NCBI GenBank assembly: GCA_040386535.1
Contig: JAZKFH010000013.1
Span: 1-64,000 of the forward strand
DNA from: Myxococcota bacterium
GTDB taxonomy: Bacteria; Myxococcota_A; UBA796; SXON01
Length of the DNA: 64,000 nucleotides
Direction: 5' to 3'
Shown: positions 1-8,080 of the stretch, piece after piece
Layout of the letters: each line of letters opens with the position of its first letter
Numbering within the stretch: position 1 is the stretch's first letter
The notes under the pieces: model-generated
What the model was told of the DNA's origin: nothing
Databases searched by the model: none
The model's input: the letters and a program-made list of their open reading frames with translations, nothing else
Program-made: the position numbers and the translations under genes

Positions 1-99
1 TACCGGTGGGCAGGACTGGGATTGGAGTGGGTGGAATTGATGGGACGGGACACGGGAGGCATCCGTGGGGGTCATCGGCGTGCTCTTCTTGTCGGACAT
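1..99 (-). CDS. possible small protein, runs off the window or is disrupted (MSDKKSTPMTPTDASRVPS...)
   Basis: AGGAGA RBS just upstream of ATG at 99; frame open to the window edge. Confidence 0.3.
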   Translation of the reverse strand, partial: MSDKKSTPMTPTDASRVPSHQFHPLQSQSCPPV

Positions 100-213
100 G
101 TGGTTCTCCTGGCTCCTTCTCGGAGCGTTCGGTCCGGCAGAGGAGGTCTCCGCCGGCGCGTCCAACGAAGGGACGCCCTGGCGCGCGCGATGCGGACAAC
201 GCTTTCCATGAAA

Positions 214-3200
214 TCACGGCAACCAGGCTACGCCTCGTGCTCGCCAAATCGCGAGCACCTCGGCCTCTCCATCGCCGGTCTGCGCGAGGTAGTCGAGAGC
301 GACGTCGTGGTTCGGCTTCTCGTGGACAGCGGCAAGCAGACGCTCCTTGTCCCGGCGCGTAGGCCCGCCCAGACCTCGGAATATCTGATGCAGCTCCCCG
401 ATCGAGCGGCCCCGCCGGTCGGGGTACCCGCGGAGCATCGCCTCCAGCAGCGCCTGCCTCACCCGTTCGCGGTCCGTGCGCTTCACGATGCGGGCGACGG
501 CGGCCTCTACGCGCTCGGGCACCCCGCTGCCCATGACTTCGTAGCCCATGTCCGCGGACGGAACGGCGTGGTCGCCGGGGTCGTGGGTGAGGGCGCCCAG
601 CACGAGGAGGACGTGCGAGGGCAGCCGACCGTGCTTCTCGCACAAGTCGATGGCCTGCGGCTCGTCGGCCAGACGCCAGGCCAGCTGGTAGCCCAGTTCA
701 TCATCGCCGTGCGCGATGCCGGCCACCTTCGCGCTTTGCTCCCAAGAGTGGAGGTCCAGGCGGCTGTCGGATTCGTCGTCCATGAGCCTGACGTCGAACC
801 AGTTCGGGTCCCCGGCTTCTCGGGCGGCGTCCGTAGCCGCGCGCTTTCGGGTCTCGAAGTCCTTGCGTCGCGAGCAGGCATCGTGGATCGCAGGTGGCGG
901 GGCGTCAAGCCGCTCGAACATCCACCTCGCGGTCTCCAGATCAGCTCCGTCGGCGAGCGCCGCGAACGCGGCGTTCACCACTTGCGGGGAGTCCGTGGAC
1001 ATGGTCAACGCGCGCAGCCAGGCCGTGCCCCCCGTCCCACCCACGCGTCCGACCAGCGTGGCCACCGCCGCCACTTCGGTGGCGCCAAGTTCGTGCTGCT
1101 CGACGGCTTTTTGCCACCTCGCTGCATCCGACTCGGTCGCGCACAGGGCCAGGAGCCGGAGAAGTTCGGTGCGATCGCGTGTATTTTCCAGGCGCTCGCC
1201 CACCCACCTGCGTAGCTCTGCGGCCGGGCCCTCACCGAGCCGCGCGTCACTCGCTTGGTTGGAGTCCAGCAGCGCCCGGACGGCGTGGGCGGTGACGGAG
1301 GGCTCGCCTCGCCGCGTGACCAACCGAATCAGACCCTCACGGCCCCCGATGCGGCACAGGGCCCGAAGCGCCTCGGGTTCCGCATAGCCCCCCCAGAGCG
1401 TCCGGCCGTCGTCGACGAGAAGCGTCCCGCTTGCGAGCGCCTGGACGAGGGTGTCTATGACCGCGGCCGCGAGGGGGGTTCCAGCGGCGAGTTCCGTCAC
1501 ACGCCGGGCGGCCGCCTCGTTGATCGGGATCGCTCGGAGCAACTCGCGACCGCACGGGGACTGCGAGAGGAGGAGCTTGGCGAAGAGACCGCGGCTGGGG
1601 TGGCCGAGCTCGTCGATCAGCGCCTCACGCCACTCGGGGGTGTACATGCCACGGAGGTGCTCGAAGACCTCGCGGACGGCCCCTCGGTTCTCGCCAGCGG
1701 CCTGCTGCGCGAACTCCACGATGAACTCGACTCCGTCCTCCGTGTAGTAGCCGTCCATGTCCTGGGCGGTCTGCGTCTCCAGCGCGGCGTTCCCGAGCAC
1801 GCGCCATGCCTCCGCAAAGCTAGCTCTTGCCTTCACCGCCGCTACTGTGACAGTTCGGCTACGTCGACCTTCTCCCAGACCCATCGGCATGTAGAGCACG
1901 GACTCGTCCAGCACTGCGGGGGTATGGTCCTCGGTGAACTCGCCATCACCGGCGTCCGCGTCCGCGGGTTCGGCGAGGACCGGCTCATTTGCTTCGTCAT
2001 CGAAGCGCTCGAGCCGCTGACGAGCCTCGTCAGCAACCTCCTGATCGGAGTCCTCCGCGAGGGCCTCCAGCAACTCCCTCGGAAGTGCATCTTTACGCCA
2101 GCCGAGCTGCTTCACGGCCCAGCGCCTGGCCTCCGCCTGCCTTGCCCGGAGCGCGCGCCGCACCACGCTTGGCGGGACGTCCTGGGCGGGGTGGCCCTCC
2201 ACGACCGCCCGGAGCACCTTTGCGAGGCCGGGTCGGGCGGCGAGTTCGAAGAGCGTTGCGGCTCCTTCCCAAGTCTGCAGCCGAGCCCTGAGCGCCGAGT
2301 GGAGAGCGTTTCGCGCCTCGGCGACATGACCGAAGGCCGCCCGGACCCAGGGTGTGACAGGCGGGGCGTCGTATGGTTCCGGCGGCGTCACCACATCTGC
2401 GGCGAGTAGCGTCGCGAGCACCTCGCTCGACAGCGCTGGAATCAGCATCTGGGCCGCTTGGAGGGCGAGCGGGCGCAGCCATGGGCCGCCACAGAGTAGG
2501 AGGGAGACGACCTCCGCCAGCGGGAGCCGAACCCCGCCCGCGATGAGCATCGCGAGCGCCTCCGCACGCACCGCCGGTGCGGGGTCAGCGAGAAAGTCCC
2601 GGAGACGCGCCACGAGCCCGGGCGGCAGCGTGAGCTCGTGGCGCCGTCGCCCGGACTCCCTGCCGAGCTCCTCGGTCTGCATGAGCTGTCGTGTTGCCAC
2701 CAACGCGCGCCAGCGCGCCGGCGCGACCTCATCGTCGATGAAGCTCGCGTACAGGGCGTGCAGCGCATCCCGATCGTCACGCACGCCGGCGCCGTAGCGT
2801 GGTGCCTCCGCAAGCACCCCTGTCTCCCACGCGGGCCGCCATATCTCGAGCAGGGCGTCGGACGGGATCTCCGCCACTCCCTCGACGACCGCTCCACCTG
2901 TCCGCGTGCTGGCGCCGGCGTACAGCGTTGCCCGGAGGAGGGCTTCCCGGCGCTGGCTCGGAGTCCCAAGCCGGACGACCGCGCGGACCACGCGCCCAAG
3001 GTTTTCGTGCTGGGGGTGCAGGGCCGGGATCTCGGCGAGCAGCTGCTCCTCGGTTCGAAGCTCCCACCACAGTCCACGCGCTCTCGGGCCGATCTGCGGA
3101 TGCTCGTACAGCCCCACGAGTTCGTCAGTCCATGCGCCGGGACCCCGCTGACGAAGCTGCTCGGGGCCACCTTCCGCGCCAAGCAGCCCCGCCACATCAC

Positions 3201-5853
3201 GTTGGAGCGTGAACGTCCGACCGAACCACTTGCCGAGGATCGAAGGCTCGGCATCGTAAAGGTCTTCCTTCTCCGCCGCGTCGTCAAGGTCGCCCGGCGT
3301 TTCACGGCTCCATCGCCGACTCTGGGCCGCAGCGAACCGCGCGGCTTCTCCTACCGGATCGCGTGCCCACCGGCCGACGCTCGGAGCGCACGCCCCCAGG
3401 AGCGGGTCAATGTGCGGCTCCAGACACCCGATGTGACGGGAGATGGCCTCCTTGGCGTCGTCGAGCTCTCCTACACCGCCTGGGAGTGGCTGTTCCGGGA
3501 GCCACCGCCAGAGCCGAAGCCGTGGCACGATCACCGCGAGGAGCAGCTCTGCGGAGACTGTACCCGGAGCAACTTCCAGCAGAATTCGCGTGGCCAGGCG
3601 CAGTCCCGAAAGCGTCCGGTCCTCACGCCGCCGGAGGGCCGCCAGGACGGGCGCCGGCGAGGGCAGCAGCGCGGCCAGGTGGAGGAGCACCTCGTTGGCG
3701 GCGGGCTCGCCAAGCAGAGGGAGCGCGTCCCGCCATGGCTCCCCCGGCGCTGCCGCGAGATACCGTCCCGCCGCGAACTCCGCGAAGCTCTTGTGGCTGA
3801 ACTCCCATCGACCCGGTCCGACCGGCTGGACAAAGCCTCCTTGCTCTACTGCGAAGTGCAGGAGGTCGCCGTCGTCTCGCCCGCTTCCGGCCGTCACCTC
3901 GGCAAACTCGAGGTCCTCGAGGTGCAGGGTGGCCCGACCTTCTCGCAGCATCCGCCACGCGGCGGCGCCCAGGAGGCGGAGGCCCACTCGCTCGAACCGC
4001 CGACGGGTGGCCCCAGGGAGCCTACCCTCCGCTTCCGCCCGACGGATGAGGTGGAGAACAGCGTCGCGGAGCAGGTCCTGGCGTGAGGCAGGTTTGTCGT
4101 GCCACACCATCGCTAGGATCGAGAGTCCAAGCGGGGTCCTGGCCAGCTCGCTCCGGAGGAGCCCCAAGGGATCCGGCCGGCCCCGCTCCGCACGCCCCCC
4201 CCGCTTGACGACCTCGGCGAGGTCCGCCCGGCCCTCGGATTCGAGCACATCGACGGCAACGCGTTGCTCCAAATCCGGCACTACGAGTACCCTGCCGGTG
4301 GGCAGCTGCTCGGGCAACCCGCGCGTCGCTACCACAGAGGGGCCGGGCCAGTCCTCGACCAGCCCGACTACGCGGAGGCGATCGTGCGCGGGGAGCTCGT
4401 CGAGGCCGTCTACGAGTAGCCAGATCGCTCCCTGGAGCGCCCGGGATTGGAGGACGGCGGTGATGGCTGTTGCCTCGACACCGACCTCCGCTGCGATTGC
4501 TGCGCCGAGGCTGGCGCCCCCAATGAGGCGACGCGCTGGAACTAGGAGAGAGGGCCCTCGGTGGCGGAGCGCGCCGGTGGAGAGCTGGTGGTGGAGCTGC
4601 CGCAACACCATCGACTTGCCTGACCCCGGCCTCCCGGTGACCACCCATCGGGCGCGCGAACCGACCCCGTCGAGCGCGACGGAACTCAGCGTGGTGAGCG
4701 AGATCTGTTCGTAGCGGTTGCTTTCGTCCGCGTTGAGTGGAGGGCGGAGAGGGATTACAGCGAGCCCTCTCACGGGGCGGGGGCGGCCGCGCCAGTCGGT
4801 GGTCGTTTGAGACCGTTCGCGGAGGGCGGTGAGCGCCGCGGAGATCGGGTCGGTTGGGGACCAGTCGATGCCCAGGCGCGCCAGGAGGTCGGTGACGCTT
4901 TTCAATGCGACGACTCGCTCCCACTGCGCATGGGTGAGGCGGAGTGGGTCGACCCTGCGGGGTCGCAGATAGTCGTCGTGCCGCTCGCGCTCCGGCATGA
5001 GTGCGACGAGCTCGCCGATCTGGGCGACGGGAACGAAGCACCTCCCCTTGGGGTACGCGGCGAAGAAGGACCGCACTTTCCCTGTGAGGTCCGCAACTGG
5101 TAGGAGGATTCCGTCCTCATCGAGCTGCCCGGTGACACCCACGTCGCCCAGGGTGGCGATCTCGGGCCGCCTCGCCTCCGCCACGGCGCGCAGGAAAAGG
5201 GCGGCCATCCCAGAGCGTCCCTCCGCGACCGTCGCGATGGACGACTCCCAAAGCGATCCGTCTACCTGAAAGCGCTCAAGGAGCCGGCGCACCTCGGCCG
5301 CCCCCTCCAGTTCTGAGCGAGCCCCGAGCCGTCCGGTGGTCAGCAGGACCCTCGCCGGTGGCGCGCCGCGGAGCAGAACGTGGACCTGTGGGCTCCGAAG
5401 CGCGTCGAAGGCGGCGCCGACAACCTCGACACGCTCCAGTTCCGCTGCCCCTGGGAGGCTGGGCGCCACGCGCAGGAGGACGTCCTGCCAGCTTTCGCCG
5501 AGCTCAAGTCGGCCATGCTCCCGTTCCCACCCGAAGCGGCTCGACCGGGCCAGCGGCCACTCCGCGCGCCCGGCAGGGCTCCGGCCGGCGAGCAGATCGG
5601 CGGCGGCCACACACGCCGAGGCCAACTCGGCCCACCCCGGCTCGCCGTCGCCGGCTCGGTCCAGGACGACGGGCCACAAGTGCTCCCGCAACCCGCTCCA
5701 GTGCCACCCGGCCTCCGGTCGCCCAGGGAAGATGCTCGCTTCCGCGGCCTGGACGACTTGCCCTGCCAGTGAGCGCAGCCGCGGCGTCTGCCATGGCGGC
5801 GGCAGTTCGCCGATGAGGATGCCTTCGAGCTCGCGCGGATCAGCGCTATCCAT
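214..5853 (-). CDS. STAND/NACHT NTPase with N-terminal Lon-like (S16) protease domain and long C-terminal HEAT/ARM-like helical region (~1879 aa)
   Basis: Lon-type EGRSG...VTGQL..G..LPV...TGK (Ser codon 5212-5214, Lys codon 5077-5079); Walker A GRPGSGKS; Walker B LLVDGLDE; winged-helix F-SHKSFAEF. Start M(DSADP) overlaps the end of the upstream gene. Confidence 0.8.
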   Translation of the reverse strand: MDSADPRELEGILIGELPPPWQTPRLRSLAGQVVQAAEASIFPGRPEAGWHWSGLREHLWPVVLDRAGDGEPGWAELASACVAAADLLAGRSPAGRAEWPLARSSRFGWEREHGRLELGESWQDVLLRVAPSLPGAAELERVEVVGAAFDALRSPQVHVLLRGAPPARVLLTTGRLGARSELEGAAEVRRLLERFQVDGSLWESSIATVAEGRSGMAALFLRAVAEARRPEIATLGDVGVTGQLDEDGILLPVADLTGKVRSFFAAYPKGRCFVPVAQIGELVALMPERERHDDYLRPRRVDPLRLTHAQWERVVALKSVTDLLARLGIDWSPTDPISAALTALRERSQTTTDWRGRPRPVRGLAVIPLRPPLNADESNRYEQISLTTLSSVALDGVGSRARWVVTGRPGSGKSMVLRQLHHQLSTGALRHRGPSLLVPARRLIGGASLGAAIAAEVGVEATAITAVLQSRALQGAIWLLVDGLDELPAHDRLRVVGLVEDWPGPSVVATRGLPEQLPTGRVLVVPDLEQRVAVDVLESEGRADLAEVVKRGGRAERGRPDPLGLLRSELARTPLGLSILAMVWHDKPASRQDLLRDAVLHLIRRAEAEGRLPGATRRRFERVGLRLLGAAAWRMLREGRATLHLEDLEFAEVTAGSGRDDGDLLHFAVEQGGFVQPVGPGRWEFSHKSFAEFAAGRYLAAAPGEPWRDALPLLGEPAANEVLLHLAALLPSPAPVLAALRRREDRTLSGLRLATRILLEVAPGTVSAELLLAVIVPRLRLWRWLPEQPLPGGVGELDDAKEAISRHIGCLEPHIDPLLGACAPSVGRWARDPVGEAARFAAAQSRRWSRETPGDLDDAAEKEDLYDAEPSILGKWFGRTFTLQRDVAGLLGAEGGPEQLRQRGPGAWTDELVGLYEHPQIGPRARGLWWELRTEEQLLAEIPALHPQHENLGRVVRAVVRLGTPSQRREALLRATLYAGASTRTGGAVVEGVAEIPSDALLEIWRPAWETGVLAEAPRYGAGVRDDRDALHALYASFIDDEVAPARWRALVATRQLMQTEELGRESGRRRHELTLPPGLVARLRDFLADPAPAVRAEALAMLIAGGVRLPLAEVVSLLLCGGPWLRPLALQAAQMLIPALSSEVLATLLAADVVTPPEPYDAPPVTPWVRAAFGHVAEARNALHSALRARLQTWEGAATLFELAARPGLAKVLRAVVEGHPAQDVPPSVVRRALRARQAEARRWAVKQLGWRKDALPRELLEALAEDSDQEVADEARQRLERFDDEANEPVLAEPADADAGDGEFTEDHTPAVLDESVLYMPMGLGEGRRSRTVTVAAVKARASFAEAWRVLGNAALETQTAQDMDGYYTEDGVEFIVEFAQQAAGENRGAVREVFEHLRGMYTPEWREALIDELGHPSRGLFAKLLLSQSPCGRELLRAIPINEAAARRVTELAAGTPLAAAVIDTLVQALASGTLLVDDGRTLWGGYAEPEALRALCRIGGREGLIRLVTRRGEPSVTAHAVRALLDSNQASDARLGEGPAAELRRWVGERLENTRDRTELLRLLALCATESDAARWQKAVEQHELGATEVAAVATLVGRVGGTGGTAWLRALTMSTDSPQVVNAAFAALADGADLETARWMFERLDAPPPAIHDACSRRKDFETRKRAATDAAREAGDPNWFDVRLMDDESDSRLDLHSWEQSAKVAGIAHGDDELGYQLAWRLADEPQAIDLCEKHGRLPSHVLLVLGALTHDPGDHAVPSADMGYEVMGSGVPERVEAAVARIVKRTDRERVRQALLEAMLRGYPDRRGRSIGELHQIFRGLGGPTRRDKERLLAAVHEKPNHDVALDYLAQTGDGEAEVLAIWRARGVAWLP

Positions 5854-6823
5854 CGGCGTCCCACTCGAGCCGGACCGCAATTTCAGTGTCTGGTCCGACC
5901 CCGAGGTGTTCGCGGGCCTCCGCGAACGAGACGGCGAGCTCGCTCTCGGTCCCAAGATCGAACCAGGACGAGTCGGTTCCCCGACGCGCGGCGCGGAGGG
6001 TGCTCGTCCACGCGCAATCTCCGGCGCGCGCGACGAGTCGGGCCGTGCCAGCAGGCGCGTGTCCGGAGCTGGCGCGGAGCTGCGCCATGACGCGCTCCCC
6101 CTCCGTGTAGACCGCCCAGTTCGGCCCGTACGTGGGCTCGGGCGTCACGCCAAGGTCCGCAGCAGCCGCCCGCCAAGCACGCCGCACGGTAGCGGACGCG
6201 GCGAAGAGTTCGATGACCTCGGCCTCTCGGAGGCGCGGTCTGTCGGCGCGGTCCAGGATGGCGGCCGTGTTGGGTCGGCCTGACGACGCTGCGGGCAGGG
6301 CCAGCGTAACGGCGATTGCGCCCGCCGACTCCACGGCTCGCCAGAGTTCGGCGGCCGCCGCGCTCTCGTCCAGTGTCGCGAGGCGGCGCGCCGCCCAGCC
6401 GGCGAGCGCCGATGCCAGCTCCGGGGCGAGCTCGACGAGGGCGGCCGCCGCCGTGGCGATCTGCCGTGCCTCCCCGTGTCGCCCCTCGAGCTCCAAGACG
6501 CCGAGGAGATCGTCGACGTCGAGTAGAGCATCCGCGAGCGGCCCTGCCGGGTCGTCATTGCCCACCAGCGCGTCGTCGAGGGATTCGAGCACAGCCGCGG
6601 GGTAGGGGCGCACAGCCCCAACAAGGGCCTGCCGCGTTCGGCCGCAGCGCCCCGACTCATCCGGCAAGGCGCCCAGCGCCGGGGGAGGGTCGGGGTGCAG
6701 GGCGACGCGTGCCAGCAGCACAAGCAGGCGCCAATCGTCGTGCTCGCTCGGGACCGCACCAGGCGCCAGCAAAGCCCGGAGCTCAGTCTCGAGTTCGACG
6801 GTCCATGGGTCGACGACGCTCAC
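5846..6823 (-). CDS. hypothetical protein, putative anti-sigma factor / protease substrate (~325 aa)
   Basis: GTG start overlaps the upstream TGA. Helical-looking N-terminal part, Ala-rich linker (RRAWRAAAAD), beta-looking C-terminal part. Function inferred from context only. Confidence 0.6.
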   Translation of the reverse strand: MSVVDPWTVELETELRALLAPGAVPSEHDDWRLLVLLARVALHPDPPPALGALPDESGRCGRTRQALVGAVRPYPAAVLESLDDALVGNDDPAGPLADALLDVDDLLGVLELEGRHGEARQIATAAAALVELAPELASALAGWAARRLATLDESAAAAELWRAVESAGAIAVTLALPAASSGRPNTAAILDRADRPRLREAEVIELFAASATVRRAWRAAAADLGVTPEPTYGPNWAVYTEGERVMAQLRASSGHAPAGTARLVARAGDCAWTSTLRAARRGTDSSWFDLGTESELAVSFAEAREHLGVGPDTEIAVRLEWDADG

Positions 6824-7347
6824 CGGGTGCCTCCTGATCCGAGGGACGCCTTGTCGCGCATCTTGCGGACGGCACGGCGATAGAAATCTTCGTTTGTGGG
6901 GTTCCGGCCGCTCGGGGGATCCCGGAGCGCGGTCAGGAAGGCCTGGCTTCCGTCGGCCGCCGGGGTGCGCAGCAGCACCTGGACCGCGTTGTCGCCGACG
7001 AACAGCTCCCGCCTGCCCTGCGCCGTCTCGACCTCGCGGTGGTTCCCGGCGAGTGCGCCCGTGCGGACGGCGTCGATTGCCGCGGGGAGGTAGTGCCGCG
7101 CATGGTCGCCGAGCACGTGCTCTCGGCAGTCTTGGCAGACCGACGGCCAGCGCCAGCCATGCCCGAGATTGGCCGGTGTGCAACCCGCGAGGCCCGCACG
7201 GCCCCGGAGCTCGCGGGCAAGCTCGGGCACGGCGAGGTCCCACCGCTCAACGCGAGCGTACAGGTGCTTCACGACATGGCTGTACCGAGAGCGCTCCTCC
7301 TGGCCGACGTCCAGGGTCCGGGCGTCCACCTGCACTAGCTCCCTCAT
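6820..7347 (-). CDS. hypothetical protein (175 aa) with HVVKH and CQDC motifs
   Basis: ATGA overlap with the sigma-factor stop and GTGA overlap with the next gene; protein-like composition. Confidence 0.7.
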   Translation of the reverse strand: MRELVQVDARTLDVGQEERSRYSHVVKHLYARVERWDLAVPELARELRGRAGLAGCTPANLGHGWRWPSVCQDCREHVLGDHARHYLPAAIDAVRTGALAGNHREVETAQGRRELFVGDNAVQVLLRTPAADGSQAFLTALRDPPSGRNPTNEDFYRRAVRKMRDKASLGSGGTR

Positions 7348-8027
7348 CGGACCCCCAGCGCCTCGGCGAGGCGCGCGTAGGCCCGCTCCAGCACCTTTCG
7401 CATGCGCTCCAGCCGGAGCCGCCGAGCCGGGCGCGTCTCGGGGGGCATTGGAGGCCAGATGAGCAGGCTCGCTTTGTCCCGGTCCAGCGGCTTGTCGAGG
7501 GCGGGCAACGGTGTACCGGCCGAGCGAGTCTCCAGGGCACGTTGGTCGGACGTGGACAGCCGATCGGGGGCGTGAACGAGGAGCACGGCGAGCCTCGCAT
7601 CCTCGCCGAGTCCATCGAGGAGGGCGATCGCTCGGTCGGCGTCCACCATCGTCCCACCTTCGGGGGCCTCGGGAGGGGTTTGCAGTTCCTCGATCGCCGC
7701 CGGCTCCAGGGCTCTGGGATCCCGGCGCCGCTGGCTCCGCAGCGCGTCCCGCGCGAGGTTCCGCGCCACGGCCGTGGCGTACGCCAGAGGATCATCGGCG
7801 CCGTGGAGAACCCGACGCTCTCGATCTAGGACGCGGACCAGGGCTTCCTGCTCGATCTCCTGCGCGACCTGCTCGCTCAAGGCTCTCGCGAACGACGCAG
7901 GGAGGGCGACGCGCGGCGACAACGCTTCGACGAGCCGGGCGCCTGCGTGGCGGTCGCCGTGGTGGTACCAGCGGTCAAGGTCTTGGTCGAAGGGCACGTT
8001 CTGTCGTCTCAGCTCGAAGTGGGCCAT
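7344..8027 (-). CDS. ECF-type RNA polymerase sigma-70 factor (start 8027 ATG or 7997 GTG)
   Basis: Region-2-like QEIEQEALVRVL...LAYATAVARNLARDALRSQRRR; region-4-like LDGLGEDARLAVLL...RKVLERAYARLAEAL with an insertion. Confidence 0.75.
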   Translation of the reverse strand: MAHFELRRQNVPFDQDLDRWYHHGDRHAGARLVEALSPRVALPASFARALSEQVAQEIEQEALVRVLDRERRVLHGADDPLAYATAVARNLARDALRSQRRRDPRALEPAAIEELQTPPEAPEGGTMVDADRAIALLDGLGEDARLAVLLVHAPDRLSTSDQRALETRSAGTPLPALDKPLDRDKASLLIWPPMPPETRPARRLRLERMRKVLERAYARLAEALGVR

Positions 8028-8080
8028 TTTACGACGGGTCGCGGGTTTCGCCCATCTGGGCGAACGCCGCCGCACCATCG

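Noticed and set aside
8028..8080. Autoregulatory ECF promoter upstream of the sigma gene (GAAAC...CGTA)
   Set aside because: The spacing of 11 nt is too short for an ECF promoter; only a small hairpin (TTCGCCC/GGGCGAA) and a TAAAAT hexamer are evident.
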